Below the pieces are notes generated by a model. The model made no database searches. It had not been told where the DNA came from and saw only the letters and a program-made list of their open reading frames with translations. DNA of 62,784 nt, counting the filler, from Circinaria calcarea (Eukaryota): assembly GCA_051942165.1 (NCBI GenBank). It is 7 parts of 7 records of this genome, joined end to end, with 100 filler letters (N's around TTAATTAATTAA, not from the genome) between each part and the next. Parts side by side here need not be neighbours in the genome. Positions count along the whole stretch, not along the records: positions 8,992 to 17,881 come from JAVECS010001031.1; positions 17,982 to 26,869 come from JAVECS010001032.1; 5 more parts are not named here. One strand, written 5' to 3'. Positions 13,735-26,416 of the stretch are shown piece by piece. Each line of letters starts with the position of its first letter. The first letter of the stretch is position 1. Made by a program: the position numbers and the translations under genes.

Positions 13735-15023
13735 ACTTCTGCAATTCCCATATTCTCGAACGTCGGCATCTGAGCGTGCAGAATGCACTATGAACTCATA
13801 GCCGCTTCGAATGCGCCCTCTGTGTGGGGAAATGAATCCGGGGTAAGGGCGTAGCCGTTGGAAAAACTCTGAAGGTCATGTACCTACCGATGATAGGTAC
13901 TCTTGTTTACTGGCGTCAAGCACTTTTTGGACATACGCCGCTTCCGAATCCTCGCTTCGCATCTCGGTCAGCCAGTCGAAAGCGACGTGGTTTTTTTTTT
14001 TCAAGATCTTGGAGAAGATTGGACTTTGGCAGCGTCGGTCCCGTGCGATCGGGCATTTTTGCCCTGACGCCGTTGACTTTATTGGTTGAAACATGGGCTG
14101 GCGCATCGATAGCTTCCAGAAGGTATGCGGGAGAGCTTCGAAAGGCTACATCACGCATATCGCGTACCTCGAGGTACGTGTGCAGCCTATGAAACGCCGT
14201 CCGGGGGGGGAAGCTTCGAACCCATTTAGCGCGGGCTGCAGCTGAGAGGCGCGCGAAGTGGAAATTGTGGTGGCAGCCGTTTTCACGATTGGCCGTAATT
14301 CCATCATATAGCTCGGACTCTCTACTGGGTCAAGCGTGTTTAGAAAGCTCTTAGGGCTTGACAGAAGCAACCGAGAGACACTAGAATATTCCGATATTTG
14401 CGATTCTCCTATAAAATCTGCCAGAACCGTCGTTGCTCAGGATTTCCGCGGACTTGATTGCCAAACCGATTTGTACAGCCCGGGGCATCGTTCGGCGCTC
14501 TCCAAGCTTTCTCGTTAGTGCTGCTGGATTGGGTTATTGTCATTTCACATAGATTCGACTCGCATGGAGGACCTTGGCTCTGTTTGATACCGTCTAGCAG
14601 CTATCGATAATTTCTACTTTTAGTCCCCGTTTCGTTATCAGATCTTCCCGAGTCGTCCTTGCCTTATCAATCTAGGGCGACCTCGGCTCTAGCTTCCGGG
14701 CTTCTGGCGGGCAGGCTAGGCTCGGCGCAAGTATGGTTCCTGGACTTAGCAACAATGAAGGATCCGACGAGGTGTCACCCGTGGATTCCGGAGCCTTTCT
14801 GTTCAGCAACCGCATCGCTCGGTATGATGCCAGCCACCAATCATCCTGCGAACGAAAACGCTTCTCGTCGACACAGCTCGTCACCGAACATCTCCCGGCG
14901 CATGACTTCCGGTCGAAGGCGTCATCCCGCTTTCTGATCTCCAACTGTGCCCTCTGCCCCTCCCTCAAAGCCGTTTCCCTTGCCTCGTACTTCAAGCTCC
15001 ACCGACCTCCGCCGCTCGTCAAT

Positions 15024-17881
15024 ATGGGAGAACCGGAGAAGGACAGAGTTGCGACCATCGACCTTCCGCCACAGGAGAGCATTCAAGCGTTCGAACCGGA
15101 AGAGAGAGTCCCGGAGCATGGGGTGCACAATAAGCTCCTCGAGCACGTGGTCCGGACGCCTGGACGGCTTCCTTCGCCTCAACCAACGCATTTGGGTGTG
15201 CCCGGGGTAAGTCCGCACAGGATCATACAGGAAGGGGGACCGGGTTACGTGGCACCGAAATTCGAGGGCAAAGAAGCGCAAATGGACGAAGGTAACACCC
15301 AAGGCCCCGCTTCTTTGCGTTGACCCCAGAGCCCCTGACTGATCAGCGTCGCTTCAGTGATGGACAAGATCGAAGAGAAGGGCTTCATACCGCCCGAGTT
15401 CGTCGAGTCGGAGACCAATTGGTTCTACAACGAGCTTGGCATCGACGACATGTACTTTCAGACCGAGAGTGCCGATGCCATTGTCAATCACATTCTCTCC
15501 CTATACGCGGCCAAGGTGGCGGCATATGCTCGAGACGATAAGCGGCTTGAGATACGACTGGACAAGGAAGCAGTCGATCATGCCGTGTACATTGACACTA
15601 GCAAGCCCGGGACCAGCCGTATTGGTGGACCACGATACGAACAGCGCATTGACGAAAAGTACATTGACGGATCGACGCGTACAAACAGCTATCGCGTCGA
15701 AACGTTCCGGTCAGGCAGTCACTTGCCCGGCGAAGAGGATCAGCAGCTACGCTGTTATTTCGTCTACAAATGTAACTTTGCGAATCCCAACCCAAGTCCG
15801 GAGGAGACAAATCTCGAGGTCATAGGGGAAATGCGGTTCCTTTTGAAAGCCACCCAAAACACCAAGGCTATTTATCAAGAGGTTATGGGACATGCCATTG
15901 CTCGTACAGGTCCTGTGATTGAAATGTTTGAAATTGAGGGCAGTAGGGAGAAGAGACTCGTCATCGCATACAGGCAGGGGTCGGCACATGGAATCTTCAG
16001 CGCCCTCTCAGATCTATACCATTACTACGGTGTCACCAGTTCAAGGAAGTACGTGGAGCAGTTCTCCAATGGTTTCACCATCATGTCGATCTATCTCCGG
16101 CCCCTACCGCCTACGGCCACAAATGCCAGGCACCCGCCCATCGAAGCATCAATTCATCAAATCATGAAGGAAGTTTCCTTGTTGTATTGCGTACCGCAGA
16201 ACAAGTTCCAAGCGCACTTTGCTAGTGGCCGACTCAGCCTACAAGAGACCATCTACGCGCACTGTGTGTGGGTCTTTGTGGGTCATTTCCTGAACCGACT
16301 CGGGTCGGAGTATAATGCTCTGGCATCGATACTCGACCCGAACAACAGCGCTCATGCCGAGATGCTGTCCAAGATCAAACGCCGCCTAAGGACCGAAACC
16401 TTCACATCCGAGTACATTCTAGAAATCATCAACCGGTACCCTGATCTTGTACGCTCGTTGTATCTGTCGTTTGCAAATACCCATTATGTTCAAACCAGAG
16501 GCGAACAGGACGATTTCATTCCTACCCTCAGCTACCTTCGTCTAAAGGTAGACAAAATCCTGGACGATGGCGAGCTAAAATCGCTTATCACCAAAGCGGT
16601 TGGGAACGAGCACGATGAGATGGTTATGACAGCTTTCCGAGTTTTCAACCAAAGCATTCTAAAGACTAATTTCTACACCCCAACCAAAGTCGCACTGAGT
16701 TTCCGGTTGAACCCAAAGTTCCTTCCTGAGGTCGAATATCCCCAACCATTGTTTGGCATGTTTCTTGTCATTAGTTCGGAGTTCCGTGGTTTCCATCTTC
16801 GATTTCGTGATATTGCGAGAGGTGGAATACGTATTGTCAAGTCGAGAAACCGTGAGGCCTATTCGATCAATGCTCGTTCCTTGTTTGACGAAAACTACAA
16901 CCTTGCCAATACGCAGCAGAGAAAGAACAAAGACATCCCAGAAGGTGGATCCAAAGGCGTCATCTTGCTTGACCATCACCATCAAGACAAGGCTCAGGTT
17001 GCGTTCGAAAAATACATTGACAGCATCATGGATCTTCTGCTCCCACCGACCAGCCCCGGTATCAAGGACCCGATTGTCGATTTACATGGTCAAGAAGAGA
17101 TCTTGTTCATGGGTCCGGATGAGAATACAGCCGATCTGGTCGACTGGGCTACCGAGCATGCGAGAAAGCGAGGAGCTCCATGGTGGAAGTCATTTTTCAC
17201 TGGAAAAAGCCCGAAACTTGGTGGTATCCCTCATGACGCTTACGGCATGACGACTTTGTCTGTCCGCGAATATGTCCTGGGGATATACCGGAAGCTTAAT
17301 CTTAATCCTGCTTCTGTGAGAAAGTTGCAGACTGGGGGCCCAGACGGTGACCTTGGGTCAAACGAAATCTTACTCGGGAATGAAAAGTACACTGCCATTG
17401 TCGACGGTTCCGGTGTACTTGTTGATCCGAATGGTCTCGACCGTACGGAACTGATTCGATTGGCCAAAAAGCGTTCAATGATTTCGGGGTTTGATACGAA
17501 TAAACTCTCCGCCGAGGGGTACAAAGTCTTGATCGACGAGACGAACGTGACACTTCCCACTGGAGAGGTGATTGACAACGGTATGATTTTCCGAAATACC
17601 TTTCATCTTCGCGGAGGAAAGCAGTTTGACCTTTTTGTACCTTGTGGTGGTCGGCCAGAATCGATCGATCTAAGCAACGTACACAAAGTCATTGTGGATG
17701 GCAAGAGCACGATACCGTACATTGTAGAAGGCGCCAACCTATTCATCACTCAGGACGCAAAGCTTCGGCTCGAAAAGGCTGGATGTATCCTTTACAAGGA
17801 CGCCTCTGCCAACAAGGGCGGTGTAACATCATCGTCGCTAGAGGTCCTTGCGTCTTTGTCGTTTGATGACAAGGGATTCGT
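15024..17881 (+). CDS. GDH2: NAD-specific glutamate dehydrogenase, 3'-truncated; exons 15024-15291, 15358->17881
   Basis: PSPQPTH and GYVAPKFEGK N-terminus, GFHLRFRDIARGGIRIV, KNKDIPEGGSKG, GPDENTA, TGGPDGDLGSNEI, VEGANLF, ANKGGVTSSSLEV. Confidence 0.96.
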
Positions 17882-17981
17882 NNNNNNNNNNNNNNNNNNN
17901 NNNNNNNNNNNNNNNNNNNNNNNNNTTAATTAATTAANNNNNNNNNNNNNNNNNNNNNNNNNNNNNNNNNNNNNNNNNNNN
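17882..17981. other. Artificial contig-joining linker
   Basis: N44-TTAATTAATTAA-N44. Confidence 0.99.
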
Positions 17982-18780
17982 TATCATCTTTGGTGTGACC
18001 GCAAATATGGTCGCGCTTTATGCCGAGGTTTTCGAGGGGAGATTACCGTTGAAAGTCTACCAGCTACATTCTAGGCTCAGCCAGAACGTTCGCACAAGGA
18101 CCACTGAAGAGTTCAAGGAAGCCGCTACTGGTATCATGTTCGCTTCCGATGTCATTGGTCGAGGTATGGATTTCCCGAACGTGGATTTGGTGGTTCAGGT
18201 TGGCCTTCCTTCTAACGCAGAACAATATGTTCATCGAGTCGGCCGGACAGCTCGTGCAGGCAAGGACGGAAGAGCTGTCATTCTCCTCACCCCAGGTGAA
18301 TCATTCTTCCTTGCTCAAAACCCGAAACTTCCCATCAAACCTCACACGAGAACCGAGCGCATCCTGGACGGGATTGCCGTATACGCACCCCAAATCGAAC
18401 AAGCCATGTACACCATCGACGAAGGTGTCAAGAAGAAGGCATACCAGTCGTTCCTTGGCTTCTTCGCAGGATCTAGTCTGCTGAAGCCTCTTCGTCTCGA
18501 CAAAGTCGGTCTAGTTGCAATGGCCAACGACTTTGCAAAGCACGCCATGCATTGTCCAGAACCGCCAGCGATGGAACGTAAAACCATCGGTAAGATGGGT
18601 CTCAAAGCTACTCCAGGTCTTCGGTACACTTTGACAGATCATACCATGGGCAAATCTCAGCCTGCACGAAAGAGACCACAGAACTCCGAAGGGGAGAACT
18701 TGCCGCCTAAACAGAGGCAAGGCAAGGTACCTAAGAAGCCTCGGAAAAGGAAAGCAGCCGGCGCAGCAGTAGAGGGATAA
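17982..18780 (+). CDS. DEAD-box RNA helicase, C-terminal half (Mss116/CYT-19-like), 5'-truncated
   Basis: HSRLSQ, SDVIGRGMDFPNV (motif V), YVHRVGRTARAG (motif VI), AYQSFLGFF extension and basic tail. Confidence 0.85.
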
Positions 18781-19993
18781 TAGCTCTTTTTTCATGGTGT
18801 GGCAAAAGTTGTTCTGAGCGATAGATCAGGCGTGTAGCACTCTACGATTTGAGAACTGAGGACTTTGGTTGAAAGGGCGCGAGACTCATGCTCAACATTT
18901 CATCATGTTAAACTTAGATAGACTGGGAAAACAGCCTGCGATTAGTGTCTGGAGAGCACGTCTAAGTGTAGGCGGATACTGAGTACATTCTTTACCAATA
19001 CAACCACGTCTTTATTGTGCTATTCTCTATCATCCATCAGTTTGGTGCAACCAGCCTCCGTTGGCACATCTCGAGTACTGTTGTGTATATTCATGGCTTG
19101 AAGCCTCGGTTCCGTCAGTCTTTCCACTTCCATCGACGGTCTTATCACGGGGACCGGAAGATTACGACCAAGGAGACGGGAAAAAGGGACTAGCGGTACC
19201 ATCGAGATTCAAAAAGCTATGCCGTCTTTTTAACAACCCTAATCTGATCATATCTTCCGTTCTAGGATTTGAGAAGTCCAGCAATGTAGGTAGTTTTCGA
19301 CTCCGGTAAGAGCTCTTACCAAACCGAGTAGAGAAATCCTCCCAGCTCTCGATCTTCCCCCCAGGGCCGCAGGGGTAAGACTGGGACGGCTATCGTGGGG
19401 CTTGATCTGTATTACGGGGTTAATCTGAACTCTTCATGCCTAGGCGACGGTTATTTCTAATAAACTTCAAGCGTAAATCTCGACGACGAGGGTCCTCAGG
19501 CCCGATGTGGGCTGCTGGGGTTTGCTCTGCTTCGGTTTGTTGGAAAATAAGATTAACGGTTGATATGAAATTGTTGTTGGGACAAAAGTAAGAAGTGGAA
19601 GACATGATCATAGACGCTAGCGTAGTTTTTTTTAAACAAGAGTTACAACAAGACCAAACCAAATCATTAACTCGTAGGAAAAAAACTAATAGCAGTTCCG
19701 AGAGATACAATTAAGATACGTCTAATCTAATCGCTTTTCTCCCTTGAATTTTGTATAGTATTCGTTCAATATATAAAAATCTATTAGAAACCTTGCCTTA
19801 GGAATTTGAACATTGGTGTTATGGCGCACGCCGTATCATGAGAGGCTAACCAAAGGAAAACCTACCGCCGGGTCGGAACGACATGGCACCGGTGCCCAGG
19901 AGCACTTGGCATCAGAGCCATCTGAGCATGGGATTATGCTCGGGGTACTCAGGTGGATCAGACGGGTGAGCCGTCTGAGCCAACTGAGCAAAC

Positions 19994-20251
19994 GTAAAAG
20001 TATGGAGCAAAAGTCATTGGCCACCCCTTAATTTTCCAAGTCCGCTCAGCGCAGGGTAATTTTAGAATACCGGTAAACTACGGAGTACGTAGGGTGCTTA
20101 TATTTTACATAGGTGTGCCGTATTAGAACAGCGAGTGTCTCGGTTATTTTGGCAAGGTAAGTAATAATTTACTAGTATTATTAATTTACCCTACGCTGAG
20201 CGGACTTAGAAAAATGAGGGGTGGCCAATGACTTTTGCTCCATACTCTTAC
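19994..20251. mobile_element. MITE-like element (~258 bp) with ~65-bp imperfect terminal inverted repeats
   Basis: Left arm GTAAAAGTATGGAGCAAAAGTCATTGGCCACCCCTTAATTTTCCAAGTCCGCTCAGCGCAGGGTAA matches the reverse complement of 20186-20251 with few mismatches; AT-rich non-coding interior. Confidence 0.8.
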
Positions 20252-20716
20252 TATATAGGCAGGCTGTTCCGCGCTCTTTAGAATAGTATGCTTATAGGAC
20301 CATAACGAGTTCAATATACGTCCTTTTATATTGAGCCTAGGGCAACAGTTCAACTACACTCTGTGTAATTGTGCTATTACTGATTGGGATATAACATATT
20401 CCTCATTATGCCCCAGGGATCGCAGCGCCCTTACGATTGGGTAATTAATAAGTAATTCTACTTATCACCCTCGACAAATATTTATCTATTTAATTCTATC
20501 CATACATAATATCATTCAGCCCATAGAGACTGGCTGGTCGCTTAGAAGTGAAAGTACTAGGTTACCCCAAAGAAAATTGACAACAGTAAGGATTCCAATA
20601 ATTATAGACTCCTGAATTATATAATCATGCGCACAATAATCAGAATCAGTAATAGATGGATTTCGACAAAACATGAAATAATAAAATGAACAGCCCGGGA
20701 GACAAACTTAACCACT

Positions 20717-22237
20717 TCACGAATTGAACCACATTTTAACAATTCGCCATCCCCGTCCATAGGCCACATCAATGTAATACCTCCAAGGACTCAAAGCAAC
20801 ATGAATAGCCTGACATTCCCAATCGAAGGTGACTGCCGCGTCAGGAGTAATGCTGAGTCCCTTTACCATATTACCAATAAGTGGAGCCCCAGTACCAATC
20901 TCAAAAATGGAGAGGATGGAAAGCATGGCAATTGGTCCTGGATCAAATCGTAGTATATCACGAGGCGATTTATCTCTTGAGATATAAGCAATGGCCATCA
21001 TGGCGAGAGGGAAAAGGGCCAGCACTGTCAATAAGCCGAATGTTGTCCAGATAATGATAACTGGGCGCAAGGCGGGTCCAAACCCAGGATCAACGAACAG
21101 CCAATTGCGAGAGCAGATCTGTGTCGCTGAGCAAGTCGAAGCTCCGGGCGCAGCGTCGATTTGAGACTGCACGCAATCGTAGCTTGGATTCGGCGCACGC
21201 AGGCCCCACGAAGAAAACCGACTGAAGGACAAACCGTTGATATGCATCACGTACAACGAAGCAATCCACTGTATCGCTGCTAGGATGTAGAAGATCCGCC
21301 GTGTAGTTTTTTCTCCACCACGGTGTTTTCGAAAGGCGCAAGAAAATGGATGGTATCTGAACAGACCGGCATATTTCCAGGGGATTACCCAGCCAACTAT
21401 AAGGGGTGAGGCAACACTCTCTGGCGCGGCAGCTAGTTTCCCAAATGACACCCACCACCAGACGAACGAAAATAGATCATAGCCAATAAATAGCCAACTG
21501 TACCAATTTCCACCACCGAGCCCTTTACAGGGCTTATTTCTCGGGCTGTACAACGCCTTCTGCTGTAGCAAAAGCTGAAATAGCGATCCTACTAGAAAGC
21601 CAGCAGATGCGGCCCAGCCAGTAAGGATGGTCGGCCGAATGGCCGAATCCCGTGGAGTAGACGGAATGACCTTGTAGCTATTAAAGCAGCTCATGGCTTC
21701 GCACGCGTCCGAGATAGGCTTGGGGGGCTTGTGGTCCTTGTTGAATACCTTATCATTGTTGAGGTACCCGACGTCATTGTCCCCGAAGCCAGGAATGCTG
21801 GAGTCATTCAGAGCGACCCGTATGGCGGTACAGTTTATCGTGGACACTGGTGCACTGTAGCATTCCTCGAATCGAGTGTTTTTGTAGAGTGCGTATCCTG
21901 GGCTGTCAGGGCTGTAGCCGGCAAGATTGGAGGACTTGACAGCGAATACAACGGTGAAAGCTATCGCGACTACCATGAAGCAGGCCATTAGGAAGAAGGC
22001 AGTCCCTATAATTCCCCAGATAACATTCCGCTTTCACGTTTTGTTCAGCTTCTTAGGTATCCAAGGGAATTTGCATTTGGCGACATCATCTGAATAAACA
22101 TTAGTGGTTGCTTGTTTCGAGGGGCAGTAAAGAGTGAAGTATAAGGACATACGTTCACCATAAGCTGTGTGATCATACGAAAGTTGACTATACTCATGAA
22201 CCGTTGACCCTGTCCGCAAATTAGCCAGTCGTGGCAT
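20717..22237 (-). pseudogene. Multi-pass membrane protein of unknown function (~506 codons) interrupted by one in-frame TGA at 22034-22036
   Basis: ORF 22034-22237 and ORF 20717-21988 are in the same frame: ...KKLNKT*KRNVIWGIIGTAFFLMACF...; several hydrophobic helices and Cys-rich loops. Confidence 0.55.
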
Positions 22238-23349
22238 GGTGGAGAGACTGGATGGCTATTTTGGCTTAGAAGTCATAAATTCAAGGAGAGTTACCAAGTA
22301 TGTAATGGATTTATTTCAAAATCTCCTATAATTAGAGTCGAATAGAATGCTAAGCGCTGCCTTGCCAGATCAAAATGTGCCAGTTCATATATAGCTCATA
22401 TTTAGCCTGCAGCTCGCATATGCATGCAGTGTTTGGACTCAAAAAGTAAAGCGCAAGCTTCACCAACATCTCTGCGGAGTAGTACAATCCAAATCAGCTG
22501 AAACAAATACGCCAAAATAAGCCAAAATCAATTCGCTGGCATCAACATTTGAGCCGCGCGCCTCCTTTCATGCATTCTGGTGAGTTGCCCGGGGAAAGGG
22601 GTCCGTTCTTGCTTGAACTAATCACTCCCCATAGGGCTACTGGCAGCCCAACCAAGCCACTCGTGCATGATTTAATAAGCCCTATAAGTCAAATTTATGT
22701 AGTTTATATAATAAATTAATGCGAATTGGTCTTGGAGCGATAGACATAGACAGAGCTTGGGAGGAAATTAAGGTGTGCAAATAAGGCAAAGGGTAATGGG
22801 TTGTTATCGAGAGTTTTCCCCCACTTTCCTTCTTTTCTCTCCAGCTTCGATACTTTCTTCCTTAGCAGCTACCATCGAGAAATGCGAAAAACCCTCTAGG
22901 ACGGAATAGGAGCACAGTACCATACCTTCGGGATACCGAATTAATCCACACGCAACGTCACTCGCTGTAGATCAATAGATAAATTTGGTGAGGTGCACCG
23001 CGCTACAGGGGCTCCGTTTTAAGTCTCCGGACGCGCCCACCAAAATCGATGTTCGTACTAGAATTTACCCCTATGAAAATGCTCCGCTATTTCAGCGGGC
23101 GCGTCCGGAGACTTAAAACGGAGCCTGTTGTATACCTCAGTCTGACGATTGTGGGACACTGCACCGCAGCTGGGACTGGGCGCATATTTTGAGGCATCCG
23201 AATGGTTGCTTCTGCAGAGACTAACTGCTTACTCGTGGCACTGCCCACCCTGCATTGTGGGTGGGTCACAGCATAACAAGACACCACAGCATAATGTCTT
23301 GGCCAGTCATCATCCAATTAAAATACATTCGCTGTTATCACTAGTCACA

Positions 23350-23424
23350 ATGTCTACAGGCGTTGGAATGAGCTCTTGCTGCCTGTCAGGTATAATCCAT
23401 GAGGGAACAGAGTCGAAGGGATAA
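23350..23424 (+). pseudogene. Possible relic of a dienelactone hydrolase-family 5' end
   Basis: MSTGVGMSSCCLSGIIHEGT resembles the CCxSGxxHEGxP start of fungal DLH-like proteins; stop follows and no continuation is recognisable. Confidence 0.3.
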
Positions 23425-24269
23425 AGAGATCCAATAGGCAATGCACCTTTCTTTTCGGATGTAAACCTCTCATTATTACATCATAACAGCGTTACAATGT
23501 CAAAATGCCCACTCAAGGTTCGTGAATCACACCGTTGCATTTTCGTCCTGCTTTGCCACGACCGAGCACAAATTTCTCGGAACCTCAATATCAATCCGAA
23601 ATAGCTGGGACCATTCGGTTGAGAAAAATGGACCCTTTGGGTTGGACTTGAGACAGAGGAACAATGGATCGGGAGGTATTTGGAGTAGGGAGAAATGTTA
23701 AGGCGCTCGGATGTTATCATGTAGTTAAGAGGTCTTTTATCTGTATGAGAAATGCGAGGTTGGGGAAGGATTGGATGGCTTGTGCGAGGAGTCGAGGCAG
23801 GGGGTGTGGTGAGCTTCGGGAAGATGATATGGTAGTCATTACAGACAGAGTCATGAGTTTATGAGTTTGGTACTTCTTCTCGACACCGCTTAGCTCTCCT
23901 TTTCTTGGGCCTCTGATTTGAGTCGGTGAAAAATAAGGGTAGGAGAAAACGGGGTAGAAGGTTTGGTTATTAATAGGAGGAGAACCATTTAATGGTCCGT
24001 CACTTTACTTAGGTGGTTCTGATATTGCCGCTGTGGCTGACAGGGCTCTACTTCTCGTCTTTATGTCGGGGTTGGATTGTGGTTCAAGCTGGAAGTAGGG
24101 ATCAGATGCGGTGTCGAGGACGTTGTCCACCCATTACGTAGTATGTAACATCCTGCAGATACTAAAGGATCGCCTTAATCAATATGCGTATAAGATATAC
24201 TTGGTGGTCCTGGGGTCACTAGAGTCTAGCCTTAGTTGTATTGCTCATTTATATATGCCTTTTACCCCT

Positions 24270-25031
24270 CTAGTCATGAACATACCTCCGGTACGGCGTG
24301 ACTGAGATTGCTGACTTGACGTTTCCCAGACTATGACACACCGTATCCTGATTAAAGTATCGGGGTTTCACGTCGAACCCGGCGTTTGCAAGGGCATCAG
24401 CCTCTTTGTTCTGCGACCTCGGAACGTGCCAGAATAATACCTCCACACCATGTTGGTTGAGCTCAGTCACCGTCTGGTTGACGTCTTGGAACAAATCGGC
24501 ATTGGTAACGGGAACCCCCTTGGACGTCTTGTAACCGTTCGTCTCCCACTTGAAAATCCACTCCGTCATGCCCTTGACTACGTACTCGGAATCCGCTTTG
24601 ATGACTATCTGGCTCAAGTGCTCCATCTCGTAGACTTTGACGGCTATTGCAGTCTCAAGAGCCCTCAAACAGGCTTTGAGCTCGGCTTTCTGATTTGACG
24701 GTATGGGATCATACACCGGATTGCTGCTGTTCCATGAAGAGTCCTTGGCAAAATACACTCCAATAGCCGACAGAGCTTTGGTAGTACCATTACCCCTACA
24801 AGCACCATCAACGGCAATAATTAGACTGTCTTTATGTCTTTCCAGTCGACCGCAGTGCTCGCAAGGGTCCGCCATGTCGCAGGGAACGAACGTCCACTCG
24901 CCTCGCAGGTCTTCATAGTCTGTCGAGTCCAGCTCAAAGCCTACGCCATAAAGCTCAGCGGGACGAAATTTCCTGTCAGCCACCCTTGGGCGAGTCGCGT
25001 CGCAATCAGAGGTATGATATCTGATGCCCAT
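24270..25031 (-). CDS. Stand-alone RNase H1-like protein with N-terminal Cys cluster
   Basis: VDGACRGNG, SNQKAELKA, KADSEYVVKGMTEWIFKW, WHVPRSQNKEADALA give a complete DEDD set; CxxxxPCxxC precedes the domain; first ATG at 25031. Confidence 0.85.
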   Translation of the reverse strand: MGIRYHTSDCDATRPRVADRKFRPAELYGVGFELDSTDYEDLRGEWTFVPCDMADPCEHCGRLERHKDSLIIAVDGACRGNGTTKALSAIGVYFAKDSSWNSSNPVYDPIPSNQKAELKACLRALETAIAVKVYEMEHLSQIVIKADSEYVVKGMTEWIFKWETNGYKTSKGVPVTNADLFQDVNQTVTELNQHGVEVLFWHVPRSQNKEADALANAGFDVKPRYFNQDTVCHSLGNVKSAISVTPYRRYVHD

Positions 25032-25833
25032 GGTCCTGTTAGAGACTCTTCCCCAGAATGAACGGCTAGCCAAATGCTTTTTATGTTATGACAGGGACGC
25101 CTCCAATCAAAAGAACCCTAAAGGTTGCCAATGAGCTAATCGCATAAGTGGGAGGAGTGATCAGAGGACTCTTACAGCTGGTGTCGCAAAGCTATGTTGA
25201 CAACTAGGAGCAAAAATCCATCCCAACCTCCAGAAATATTCAATCCAGTAGTCTACACCTGACAGACGACAAAGGAGCACATGCCCCGTCTGCAGTAATG
25301 GCCCAGAACCGCTCCTCGAAGGTGGAGTCGTGGGGAAATGGTAGCTGCAGAAGGAGCGAACCTGGTTATTGTATGGCTGAGATGGAAAACTGATGAAGAG
25401 AGAAGAACCCTCGGGGAAACGACAGCAACGCCCATCCCGCCTGCCCCCATTACAGAGTTACGTAGTGTACTTGGTTCTTTCTGCCGTGATAATAGCCGTT
25501 GAGCACCACGCTAAAATCCTTACAACGGAGTGATGTCATGTATTGAAATTGACACTATTGCCCATTTCGCTTTTCACCGGTGTACCCGCATGCTTCTGCT
25601 GCTCTCATGGTGAAGAAAAGCTCTTTTACGACGCGATAAAAAAGCAGTGAGGGAAGCATAGCTGCTGTCATTTATGGATAACCAATGGAGGCTGCAAACA
25701 ATTTTCTTAGTAACAAAACTATCCCTGACAGCAAAACCGGGAAGTTTAACCGTATAGAACAGTGATCTACTAGCGTGGTGCTAATTGCTGTTATCGCTGC
25801 AGACGAGGAAACCTAAAATTGACTTTCAAAGGA

Positions 25834-26004
25834 CGCGCTTGACAAAAGCATTGCAACCCCGACCGTAATTACCCGCTAAATATCAACCTCTAGATTTGTG
25901 GGACCCCTCCAATGTTGGTGGTCCCATACCCGAGTCCTAGGCTGGAAAGGTCAGTAACTACGGCTAGGAGTAATCCAGGATTGCAATGTTTTTTGTCAAG
26001 CGCG
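25834..26004. mobile_element. Degenerate MITE/fold-back element (~170 bp)
   Basis: CGCGCTTGACAAAAGCATTGCAA at 25834 pairs with TTGCAATGTTTTTTGTCAAGCGCG ending 26004; inner inverted pairs CCGTAATTAC/GTAACTACGG and TGGGACC/GGTCCCA. Confidence 0.6.
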
Positions 26005-26416
26005 CGAGGGGTTCGTTTTAATTGAGTAGGGCTGAACGTGAAATTAGCCGAAGATGTTTACTCAAAAAATATAAACTGCTTCGTACACACTTCAACCCTA
26101 ATTATCCCGTCGAAATCAAAGGAGAACATGTGTATTCAACAGTGGGCGGGGAGATTTCATGGCCATGAGACTGGCATATCTAGATGCTATGTGTCAATTA
26201 TGAATTTTGATCCATCTAGACAGTCTACAGCTAACTAAGGCGAGAAGATATCTGGTAATTCCAACCCACCACCCATCACGCCTTTTTCCAGCACTTGGTC
26301 AAGCGGCACATTTCTCCCTTCTTTTCACTTCTACTGCTAGTCAGAGACTCCCTGGGACGCACACATCAACATAAGACGTAGGTTTTGAACCCTGACATGA
26401 GTAATTCAAACGGTAA

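Noticed and set aside
14733..15023. In-frame upstream ATG giving a 97-aa N-terminal extension of NAD-GDH
   Set aside because: No recognisable motif or targeting signal; it overlaps the likely promoter and 5'UTR, and ATG 15024 fits better
19305..19320. Perfect 16-bp palindrome GGTAAGAGCTCTTACC
   Set aside because: About one such palindrome is expected by chance in 63 kb
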